Shown: one piece after another, positions 27,439 to 35,266 of the stretch | Position numbering within the stretch: the stretch's first letter is position 1 | How the letters are laid out: each line of letters opens with the position of its first letter | Assembly (NCBI GenBank): GCA_038318015.1 | Contig: JBBQBU010000002.1 | Coordinates: 1-37,279 of the forward strand | DNA: 37,279 nt | Reading direction: 5' to 3' | DNA from: Chloroflexota bacterium | GTDB taxonomy: Bacteria > Chloroflexota > UBA6077 > JACCZL01 | Notes under the pieces: model-generated | Told to the model about the DNA's origin: nothing | The model's database searches: none | What the model saw: the letters and a program-made list of their open reading frames with translations, nothing else | Translations under genes and position numbers: made by a program

Positions 27439-27467
27439 TTGACAACAAGCAACGTCGGTCATATAGT
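27439..27467 (+). promoter_or_regulatory. Sigma-70-type promoter TTGACA-17 nt-TATAGT for the TrmB-family regulator gene
   Basis: ttgaca at 27439-27444, exact 17-nt spacer, tatagt at 27462-27467. GAGGAGG (27490-27496) and GTG 27502 lie downstream. Confidence 0.65.
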
Positions 27468-27487
27468 AACCACTGTAGTGGTTACTA
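27464..27487. promoter_or_regulatory. Palindromic operator candidate TAGTAACCACT-GT-AGTGGTTACTA overlapping the -10 box
   Basis: 11-bp perfect inverted arms with a 2-nt spacer, checked base by base. AT-rich relative to its surroundings. Confidence 0.6.
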
Positions 27488-27501
27488 GTGAGGAGGCAGC
27501 C

Positions 27502-28275
27502 GTGGCGGTCGATCTCTTACAGCGTATCGGTCTGAGCAAGTACGAGGCCGAGGCGTACCTTGCGCTGCTGGTGGATGGCCCGTTCACTGGCTATGAGCTG
27601 GGCAAGCGGTCGGCTGTGCCCCTTTCCAAGAGCTATGAGACGCTTGAGCGGCTGGCCCGGCGGGGGTTGGCCGTGGTGCAGCCGGGCGACCCGCCGAAGT
27701 ACGCCGCCGAGCGGGCCGACCGGCTGGTAGCCCGCACGCGAGCGGAGCAGTCTGCACTGATGGCCGCGCTGGACACGGCCCTGGCCGACCTTCAGCGTGC
27801 GGATCCGGCGGCCGAGTTCTGGGTCGTGCGTGGCCGTGCCCAGGTGCTGGCCCGCGCCGAAGCCCTGCTGGACGAGGCGCGGTCACAGGTCGTACTCGGT
27901 CAATCGGGGCCGGATGCCGTGCTGGGGGCGGCACTTGATCGTGCCAGTGGGCGCGGCTGTCAGATCACGACGCGGTCGCTGGATGGTGCCGACCGACGCG
28001 CCGCGTCTACGGAGATGCTCGCGCTCCTGGTGGACGACCGCGAGGCGCTTGTTGGCACCCTGACGCCGGCCGACCACGCCCAGGCAGTCACGTCGGCGAA
28101 CCCGGCGCTGCTGGCGGCACTGCGTGGGCTGGCCGCACTGGTCCAGGCGCATCAGCCGCGCGAAGCCGCGACGCTGCCGGCTGATAGCCCGCGTCAGCTT
28201 GACTGGCTGGCGTGGGAGGACCGCAAGCAGCGTCGTCTCTGGCCGGCCGCATCGGGGGGTGGCCGGGTCGCCTGA
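27502..28275 (+). CDS. TrmB family transcriptional regulator
   Basis: VAVDLLQRIGLSKYEAEAYLALLVDGPFTGYELGKRSAVPLSKSYETLERLARRGLAVV is a TrmB-type winged HTH. GTG start lies 5 nt after GAGGAGG. Confidence 0.8.
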   Translation: MAVDLLQRIGLSKYEAEAYLALLVDGPFTGYELGKRSAVPLSKSYETLERLARRGLAVVQPGDPPKYAAERADRLVARTRAEQSALMAALDTALADLQRADPAAEFWVVRGRAQVLARAEALLDEARSQVVLGQSGPDAVLGAALDRASGRGCQITTRSLDGADRRAASTEMLALLVDDREALVGTLTPADHAQAVTSANPALLAALRGLAALVQAHQPREAATLPADSPRQLDWLAWEDRKQRRLWPAASGGGRVA

Positions 28276-28411
28276 CGGCACCGTTCCCGCCGGCCTCCGC
28301 ACGTTCAAACCACGCATCGTCTCCCCCAGATCGACGCGGCAGCCAGCTCGGGCCGGCTGTTCGCTCCACCGTGCCGCACCGGACGCTGCTGCGTCCTTGA
28401 AGGGAGCCATC

Positions 28412-29686
28412 ATGGCTATCGACTTCGACATCGCCGATCCGCATCGCGCCGAGGAGGGCCGCCGCAAGATCCGCTGGGCGGCGCGGCACATGCCCGTGCT
28501 GACCGAGATTCAGGCCGAGTTCGCTGCGACCCGGCCGCTGGCCGGTCGGCGCATCGCCGCGTCGCTGCACATCACCACCGAGACGGCCGTCTTGCTCGGG
28601 GCGCTGCGGGCCGGGGGCGCGGAGATCGCCCTGTGCGCGTCTAACCCGTTGTCCACGACGGATGATGTCTGCGCGGCGCTGGTGGCCGACCTGGGGATAG
28701 CCGTCCAGGCGTGGCACGGTGAAGACCTGGCGACCTACGAGCGGCACCTTGAGGCGGTGCTGGCGACCGACCCGCACCTCGTCGTGGACGACGGCGCTGA
28801 CCTGATTGCCGCGCTGCACCAGCGCGCCGAGATCGGCTCGACGGTCGCCGGCATTGAGGAGACGACAACCGGCGTGGTGCGGGTCCGCGCGCTGGCCGGC
28901 GAGGGACGGCTACGGTTCCCGGTGGTCGGCTTGAACGACACCCCGACCAAGCGCATGTTCGACAATCGGTACGGGACCGGCCAGAACACCATCGACGGCA
29001 TCCTGCGGGCGACGAATACGCTGATCGCCGGGGCGACGTTCGTGGTGGCGGGATACGGCTGGTGCGGGCGTGGCATCGCGGCGCGGGCGCGTGGCATGGG
29101 TGCGCGCGTGATCGTGTCTGAGGTGGATGCGGTGCGGGCGCTTGAGGCCGTGATGGACGGCTTCGAGGTGCTGCCGATGGGCGACGCCGCCCCGCTTGGC
29201 GATGTCTTCGTGACGGCTACCGGCATGTCCGGCGTCATTCGCGCCGAGCATCTGGCGGCCATGAAGGACGGGGCGATGTTGGCGAACTCCGGCCACTTCG
29301 ATGTTGAGGTCGAGGTGGCGGAGCTACGACGGCTGGCCGTCAGCGAAACGGAGACGCGCGAGAATCTCACCGAGTTCGTGCTCTCGGACGGCCGCTCGCT
29401 GTACCTGCTGGCGCAGGGCCGGCTGGTGGGACAGGTCGCTGCCGAGGCCAGCCCGGCTGCCATCATGGACTTGAGCTTTGCTGGTCTGGCCCTCAGTGCG
29501 CGGTATCTGCTGGGGCAGCATTCGTCGTTGGTGGCCGCCGTCCATGAGGTGCCGGCTGATATCGACAGCGCCATCGCCGAACGCAAGCTGCGGGCGCTCG
29601 GCGTCCGGCTGGACGTGCTGGACACACGCCAGGTTGCGTACGCGCGGTCCTGGACCTCTGGCACGCTCGACGCATCGGTGGCGTAG
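28412..29686 (+). CDS. ahcY: Adenosylhomocysteinase
   Basis: ATG 28412 after GAAGGGAG. DFDIADPHRAEEGRRKIRWAARHMPVL...HITTETAVLLGALRAGGAEIALCASNPLSTTDDV...VAGYGWCGRGIA (NAD-binding motif). 424 aa. Confidence 0.93.
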   Translation: MAIDFDIADPHRAEEGRRKIRWAARHMPVLTEIQAEFAATRPLAGRRIAASLHITTETAVLLGALRAGGAEIALCASNPLSTTDDVCAALVADLGIAVQAWHGEDLATYERHLEAVLATDPHLVVDDGADLIAALHQRAEIGSTVAGIEETTTGVVRVRALAGEGRLRFPVVGLNDTPTKRMFDNRYGTGQNTIDGILRATNTLIAGATFVVAGYGWCGRGIAARARGMGARVIVSEVDAVRALEAVMDGFEVLPMGDAAPLGDVFVTATGMSGVIRAEHLAAMKDGAMLANSGHFDVEVEVAELRRLAVSETETRENLTEFVLSDGRSLYLLAQGRLVGQVAAEASPAAIMDLSFAGLALSARYLLGQHSSLVAAVHEVPADIDSAIAERKLRALGVRLDVLDTRQVAYARSWTSGTLDASVA

Positions 29687-29820
29687 CATGTGGGTGGGGC
29701 CGGTCACCCGGAAAGGGTCGCCGGCCCGCTACCATGCCGCTCTCGCCGCACCTGCGGATCGACACGACGGCGCTGTCCCCCGACGAGGTTGCCGCCGAGA
29801 TCGTGGCGCAGTTGCCAGCG

Positions 29821-29848
29821 CCGCCGCGCCGGTAGCCCGGCGCGGCGG
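29821..29848. terminator. 12-bp perfect GC hairpin between convergent genes (possible bidirectional terminator; no U tract)
   Basis: ccgccgcgccgg-tagc-ccggcgcggcgg. Confidence 0.3.
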
Positions 29849-29868
29849 CGGTCAGGTGGGCTGGGCGG

Positions 29869-30993
29869 TCAGCCGACCCGGTGCTTCGCCAGTTTCGCCA
29901 GATCGGGCTGCACGCCGAGGCCGGGGCCACTTGGGGCCACGATGTTGCCGTCGGCATCTACGCGCATTGGCTCCTCCAGATACCACTGGAAGTCATCGGT
30001 GGTCATGACCGGCGGCTCGCACAGCATCTCAAAGTAGGTGGAGTTCGGCACGGCGCAAGCAAGGTGCAGGTGGGCGACCAGCCCGATGCCGCCGCCTCCG
30101 TGATGCGGTGCCACTTGCTTGCGGTGGAGTTCGGCCAGCGCGCAGACCTTCCGCAAACTGCTCATCGTCTCAGACACCATCGACTCGGGCTGAATCACGT
30201 CGTAGACGTTTTGCTCCACGAGCCAGCGGTATTCGTGCAGCCCACGGTTGTTTTCGCCGCCCGCAATGTTCATCTCGACAGCAGCGCATAGTTTGCTCAG
30301 GCCTTCGAAGTCGTAGCGGCCCAACGGCTCTTCGAGCCAGTAGACGCCAAGCCGCTCAAGCTCACGGGCGGTCTGCAAGGCGCGCTTGTAGGTCCAGACT
30401 GGGCCGGGGGCCAGCGGCAGCGAGCCGGGCTGCTGGGCCTGGTTGGCATCGACCAGGATCACGAAGTCGTCGCCCATCGCTTTCCGGACGGCCTCCACCT
30501 GGGCGATGTCTTCGCGCATCGTCCAGTCGTGCAGCCGCAGTTTCGTGGCGCGCCAGCCCTCGGCGCGGCGTGCGGCGGCATCCTCGGCCCGCTGATCGCC
30601 GGAGCGCACCTCAACGCAACTGGCGTAGCCCGGCACGCGGTCTTTGTGGCCACCCCACAGTTTGTACAGCGGCTGGCCGGTCGCCTTGCCGATGATGTCC
30701 CACAAGGCGATCTCGATGCCCCAGCCGGTGCCAGCGTTTCGGAACAGCTCGGCGTGCTGCTCCAGCGCGAAGGGGTCTTTGCCGATCAGTTGCGGCTTGA
30801 TCCAGCGCTCGATGGACGATGCGACGTCGCCCGCGTACATCGCGCCCCAGCCGACGATGCCCTCGTCGGTGTCAACACGCACCAGCACGGACTCGCGATT
30901 GGTCCAGCTCGCGCCGGGGGTCCACGCTGGATAGAGCGGCCGAACATAGTCCGGCCCTCGCAGGCGCATCACTTCCAGGTCGGTGATCTTCAT
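29869..30993 (-). CDS. Enolase-superfamily enzyme (mandelate racemase/muconate lactonizing family)
   Basis: MKITDLEVMRLRGPDY...VLVRVDTDEGIVGWGAMYAG. Metal-ligand context LVDANQA, WLEEP, AGGEN. GGGAGA Shine-Dalgarno upstream of ATG 30993. Confidence 0.85.
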   Translation of the reverse strand: MKITDLEVMRLRGPDYVRPLYPAWTPGASWTNRESVLVRVDTDEGIVGWGAMYAGDVASSIERWIKPQLIGKDPFALEQHAELFRNAGTGWGIEIALWDIIGKATGQPLYKLWGGHKDRVPGYASCVEVRSGDQRAEDAAARRAEGWRATKLRLHDWTMREDIAQVEAVRKAMGDDFVILVDANQAQQPGSLPLAPGPVWTYKRALQTARELERLGVYWLEEPLGRYDFEGLSKLCAAVEMNIAGGENNRGLHEYRWLVEQNVYDVIQPESMVSETMSSLRKVCALAELHRKQVAPHHGGGGIGLVAHLHLACAVPNSTYFEMLCEPPVMTTDDFQWYLEEPMRVDADGNIVAPSGPGLGVQPDLAKLAKHRVG

Positions 30994-31209
30994 TGATGTC
31001 GTCTCCCGTTGCCGTACCTGCTGGCAGTCGCCAGGTTCAGCACCCGGCGCAGTCTGAGGTGACTGCTCCGTGCCGGTTCGTGCGTGCAGCGCGACCGCGC
31101 ACCGTCAGCGCACCGAGGTTGCCGCTCCGCGACGAGCGCAGCATCGGGGCCGCTCCGGCCACCGATTGTACATCGGCGGTCCGGTCCTGGTGCCGCCGTG
31201 CTTCGGAAG

Positions 31210-31524
31210 TCAGTCCGGTTCGATGGTGACGCGCAAGCCATGCGTGGAAAGCTGCGCCTGGAAGTGCTCGGCGCGCTCTTTCGGCGCACGAGCGACGACT
31301 GACGCGCCGCTGGTGTGGATCTCCCAGGCGTGCTGGTGCGCTTTGTCGCGCGTCATGCCGGGGATGACGCGGCAAAGCGCCACCTCGACGTCGTCAAACG
31401 AGTGGCAGTTGCAGTCGAGAACAACGACTTTGTAGGGCCGCAGCGCCTTGGGCAAGACGGTGCGGTCCTGGTCAATGTCGGGGTGGGTGATGGTCGGCGT
31501 TGCGCCCGGTCGTTCAGATGTCAT
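31210..31524 (-). CDS. clpS: ATP-dependent Clp protease adaptor protein ClpS
   Basis: ATG 31524 gives 104 aa. YKVVVLDCNCHSFDDVEVALCRVIPGMTRDKAHQHAWEIHTSGASVVARAPKERAEHFQAQL fits the ClpS core. Confidence 0.8.
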   Translation of the reverse strand: MTSERPGATPTITHPDIDQDRTVLPKALRPYKVVVLDCNCHSFDDVEVALCRVIPGMTRDKAHQHAWEIHTSGASVVARAPKERAEHFQAQLSTHGLRVTIEPD

Positions 31525-31925
31525 GCCCTGGCCCACGGAAGGTCTGTCGTTGTGCAGATAGTTGGCGACACTGGCGAGTCTGGCTTCCAGACGGCTCGCC
31601 AATGCGCTCTCTCTCAGCTCACTGACATGCCGAAGAATGATGCCGAGCGGCACTCGGTGGCAACGCATATCGGCGTCGAGGCCTCGACCCTGGCCTGAGA
31701 GGGCCAACGCTCCAGAGTATGCCGTGATGGCATGCAGAGCCGCTCGCTTGGCCGATCCTCGCCGTGGCCATCGGAGACCGGTCGCCAGGGCAGCCTCTGT
31801 GACGCGGCGTCTGCTTTGATCGGACGATACGTGACAGTATGCTCATACATGTCGGGCAGAAATCGCCTCTTCGCGAGGCCTCCACGAGGACTATGCTGTA
31901 ACGGCATGTCAGTCCTCGCTGGGAG

Positions 31926-33743
31926 ATGCCTGTGTACGAGCAGAACTACAACCCACTTGGCAATGTCGTCCTGTCAACGCTCGCGGCAGCCGTCCCGATT
32001 GTCGTCTTGCTGTACTTCATCGCCCTTCATCCTCACCGTGACGCTGCCGGCAGGAGGCACCTGGGGATCAGCGCACCGCTCGCCGCGCTGACCGGCGTGC
32101 TCGCTGCGTTCGTCATCGCGCTGCTGGTGATGAGGATGCCATTTGCGGCCACGGTATCGGCGTTCGTCCTGGGCATGTTGTCTGGATCCATCGGGATCAT
32201 CTGGATTGTGGTGGCAGCCATGCTGCTTTACACGATGACGGTGATTACCGGAAACTTCGAGATCGTCAAGGAATCGATCATCCACATTTCCGTTGATCGT
32301 CGGTTGCAGGTGTTGCTGATCGCGTTCTCGTTCGGCGCGATTCTCGAAGGCACGTCGGGCTTCGGGACGCCGGTCGCCATCGCCGGCGCGATGATGGTCG
32401 GCCTCGGCTTTGCCCCCATGCAGTCAGCCGTCCTGAACTTGCTGGCGAACACGGCTCCGGTCGCCTGGGGTGCTATCGGGACGCCCATCATCACGCTCGC
32501 AGCCGTCAGCGGCCTGCATGAGGTGACGCTCTCGGCGATGGCCGGGCGGCAGCTACCGTTCGCATCGGTCCTGGTGCCGTTCTGGCTGGTCGCCACCTTC
32601 GTCAGGATGGAGGGCGGTGCCTGGCGCGAGGTCTGGGAGGTGTGGCCGGCAACGCTGGTGGCCGGGGGCGTGTTCGCCGTCGCGCAGTTCATCGTGTCGG
32701 GGACGGAGGGCCTCCACCTGCTCACGGACGTGCTGTCGGGCATCGTGTCGGTCGTCGCGGTGATTGTATTCCTCCGTTTCTGGCACCCGAAGCAGAAGTT
32801 CCTGCTTCGGTCCGAACGCCTGGCCCTCAGCGGCACCAGCACCATCTCCACCGATGCGCCCGTTGCGGCGACTTCACCGTCTGCCTATCGATATCCGTAC
32901 ACGCTGGGTGAAACTGTGCGTGCCTGGATGCCGTGGGTGCTGCTGATCGCCTGCGTCGGCCTGTGGGGTGCGCCAAGCGTCAAGACCGCATTTGACACGG
33001 CCCTCCCCAGTGTTGACGCCTCCGTACTGGGCGTCCATGTGGCCGGCTCGGCGTCGCGCCCCGTGTTCGACATGCCGGCGCTGCACCGCCAGGTGCGGCG
33101 CTCGCCACCAGTGGCCGCCGCCGATGCCCAGTCTGAGTCGGCGCAGTTCGCGTTCAACTGGCTGTCAGCGGCTGGTACCGGTGTGTTTGTCGCCTCGATC
33201 CTGAGCGGGTTATTCCTGCGCATGTCGGGGCCACAGTGGGGCGAGGCCATCTCCCGCACGGCCCGGAGGATGAAGATCCCGATCCTGGTCATCGCGCAGG
33301 TGCTCGGCCTCGGCTTCCTGACGCGCTACGCCGGCATGGATGCCATTCTTGGGCTGGCGTTTACGGCGACCGGGGTGTTCTACCCGTTCTTTGCCGCGTA
33401 CCTCGGCTGGCTGGGCGTCTTTCTGACGGGCTCAGACACGGCGTCAAACGCTATCTTCGGCAGTCTCCAGCGGATCACGGCCGAACAGTTGGGCCTTGAC
33501 CCGATCTTGATTGTTGCCGCGAACACGACCGGCGGCGTGATGGGTAAGATGATCGACGCGCAGTCGATCACCGTGGCGACGGCGGCGTGCTACGAAGACC
33601 CGGACGAGGGCGCGCATGCGGTCGGGCCGATCTTCCGCACGGTGTTCTGGCACTCAATCGCCCTGACCGCGTTTATCGGCATCATCGTGATGCTTCAGGC
33701 ATACGTGTTCCCGTGGATGGTGCCGGTCGCGCCGGTCAACTGA
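31926..33743 (+). CDS. L-lactate permease family transporter (LctP)
   Basis: 605 aa, GGGAG before ATG 31926. MPVYEQNYNPLGNVVLSTLAAAVPIVVLLYFIAL...GIIWIVVAAMLLYTMTVITGNFEIVKESI...SFGAILEGTSGFGTPVAI is characteristic of LctP. Confidence 0.88.
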   Translation: MPVYEQNYNPLGNVVLSTLAAAVPIVVLLYFIALHPHRDAAGRRHLGISAPLAALTGVLAAFVIALLVMRMPFAATVSAFVLGMLSGSIGIIWIVVAAMLLYTMTVITGNFEIVKESIIHISVDRRLQVLLIAFSFGAILEGTSGFGTPVAIAGAMMVGLGFAPMQSAVLNLLANTAPVAWGAIGTPIITLAAVSGLHEVTLSAMAGRQLPFASVLVPFWLVATFVRMEGGAWREVWEVWPATLVAGGVFAVAQFIVSGTEGLHLLTDVLSGIVSVVAVIVFLRFWHPKQKFLLRSERLALSGTSTISTDAPVAATSPSAYRYPYTLGETVRAWMPWVLLIACVGLWGAPSVKTAFDTALPSVDASVLGVHVAGSASRPVFDMPALHRQVRRSPPVAAADAQSESAQFAFNWLSAAGTGVFVASILSGLFLRMSGPQWGEAISRTARRMKIPILVIAQVLGLGFLTRYAGMDAILGLAFTATGVFYPFFAAYLGWLGVFLTGSDTASNAIFGSLQRITAEQLGLDPILIVAANTTGGVMGKMIDAQSITVATAACYEDPDEGAHAVGPIFRTVFWHSIALTAFIGIIVMLQAYVFPWMVPVAPVN

Positions 33744-33957
33744 CCGGCGCCACTACCGCCAGCATCGTTGGGACCGCCTCGAAGCCCTCTGAGCGCGCGC
33801 CGTCCACGAAGCCGCCCATGATCGTGCGGGTGCCAGCGAACCCCGGTACCACCGCATCGCCGCCGTGCATCCCCCGCCGCTCGAACAGCGCCAGGTCCGT
33901 TTTCAGGGTCGAGAATGTGTTCGTTTCGTGGGAGATGCCACCGGTGGCGATACGCAT
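33736..33957 (-). pseudogene. Remnant of an MlrC-like (M81 peptidase, DUF1485 N-terminal domain) gene; only about the first 70 codons remain
   Basis: MRIATGGISHETNTFSTLKTDLALFERRG...GTRTIMGGFVDGARSEGFEAVPTMLAVVAP matches the MlrC N terminus. The ORF stops after 73 aa, inside the 3' end of the lactate permease gene. Confidence 0.55.
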
Positions 33958-33969
33958 GCCGAACGCTCC

Positions 33970-34920
33970 TCAGGCACTCGCCTTATCAAGTGTCGCGATG
34001 GCGTCGTCATCTAGCTTCAGGTCGATGCCGCCGATGAGGTCAACCAGTTGCAAGGGAGTGGTGGCGCTGGCAATCGGCCCGGTCATGCCGGGGCGAGCCA
34101 CGATCCAGGCCAAGGCTACCTGCGCGGGCGTCGCCCCGAGCCGCGTCGCCACGCTCTCGACGGCCTCCAAGACGGCCCAGCCCTCGTCATTCATGAACCG
34201 CTGCTGCACGCCCGATGCCCGGCCACTGTTCGGCAGGTCAGCGTTCGGGCGGTACTTGCCGGTCAGGAACCCGCTCGCCAGCGACGAGTAGGTAATGACG
34301 CCGATCTGTTCCTTCTGGCAGAGCGGCTCTAGCTCAGCCTCGTAGTCGGCGCGGTTTAGCAGGTGGTAGGGCGGCTGGATGCTCTCGAAGCGCGCCCACC
34401 CACCGCCGGCAGCGGCGGCGTTCGCCTCGGCCAGCCGCGCGGCGGTGTAGTTCGATGCCCCGATCCAGCGGACCTTGCCAGCCGTCACCAGTTCGTCGAA
34501 CGCCGCCATCGTCTCCTCAAGCGGGGTATTCGCGTCGTCGCGGTGCGCCTGGTACAGGTCGATGTAGTCCGTCTGGAGCCGCCGCAATGAGTCCTCGACC
34601 GCCTGCATCATGTATGCGCGGGACAGCCCCTGCTTGCCCTCGCCCATCGGGCTACCAAGCTTCGTCGCGACGATGACATCGGCTCGGTTGCCGCGATCCT
34701 TCATCCACTGGCCGAGGATCACCTCGGACTCGCCGCCCTCGTTGCCCGGAACCCAGCGCGAGTACACGTCGGCGCTGTCCACGAAGTTTCCGCCCTGCTC
34801 CATGAACGTGTCAAGAACGGCTGCTGACTGGTTCGGGTCAGTGGTCCAGCCGAGGACGTTGCCGCCGAAGCAGAGGACACTGACATTGAGATCAGTGCGG
34901 CCAAGCTGACGCTTGAGCAT
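33970..34920 (-). CDS. Aldo/keto reductase
   Basis: ATG 34920 with AGGAGG upstream. MLKRQLGRTDLNVSVLCFGGNVLGW...FVDSADVYS...IDLYQAHRDD...VRWIGASNY are typical AKR motifs. The upstream 210 codons of the track ORF are shadow. Confidence 0.88.
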   Translation of the reverse strand: MLKRQLGRTDLNVSVLCFGGNVLGWTTDPNQSAAVLDTFMEQGGNFVDSADVYSRWVPGNEGGESEVILGQWMKDRGNRADVIVATKLGSPMGEGKQGLSRAYMMQAVEDSLRRLQTDYIDLYQAHRDDANTPLEETMAAFDELVTAGKVRWIGASNYTAARLAEANAAAAGGGWARFESIQPPYHLLNRADYEAELEPLCQKEQIGVITYSSLASGFLTGKYRPNADLPNSGRASGVQQRFMNDEGWAVLEAVESVATRLGATPAQVALAWIVARPGMTGPIASATTPLQLVDLIGGIDLKLDDDAIATLDKASA

Positions 34921-35266
34921 GGCGTGGTGCCTCCTTGGGGGTGCGCTGGCGCCCAGTAGTCGCCAGCAGGTGTCGTCGTTGCACGGTCGCACACGAGTAC
35001 TGGACGGTCCATCGGCAGCGGTCGTCGCGCGTCGGCAGTATGGAGCATTCGGAGAAATGGCCGGCGACAGACGCGCCAGCGGCGGCAGAAAGACGGCTTT
35101 AGCGACCGGCCGTGCGCGCCTTCGCATCCGGTGTGACGGGCTGTCGGATGCTGTCGTGCCTTGTGCTGTTCGGTCGCGCGTGCTATCCTGGCGGCGCGTC
35201 GGCGCATCGGTAGCACCTGGTGGTGGGAGACATCGAGCGCCGAGTGACGCAGAAAGGGTGGCGAAC

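Noticed and set aside
28276-28411. Possible SAH riboswitch in the 136-nt leader upstream of ahcY
   Set aside because: I could not find the conserved SAH-riboswitch core as I recall it (GAGGAGCG...CAGGCUCGG...GGCGCUCAC-type pairing). Only a vague cgctccac resemblance exists. A cmsearch with RF01057 would settle it, and I expect no hit.
6044-30993. The two enolase-superfamily genes (6044-7159 and 29869-30993) as duplicated borders of a genomic island
   Set aside because: They are clearly divergent paralogues at protein level with no extended nucleotide identity. No integrase, tRNA or direct repeats accompany them.
31525-31707. N-terminally extended ClpS (TTG 31707 or ATG 31668)
   Set aside because: The extension uses several AGA codons that look atypical next to the neighbouring genes. 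It would also make the protein much longer than the roughly 100-aa ClpS core, so ATG 31524 is preferred.
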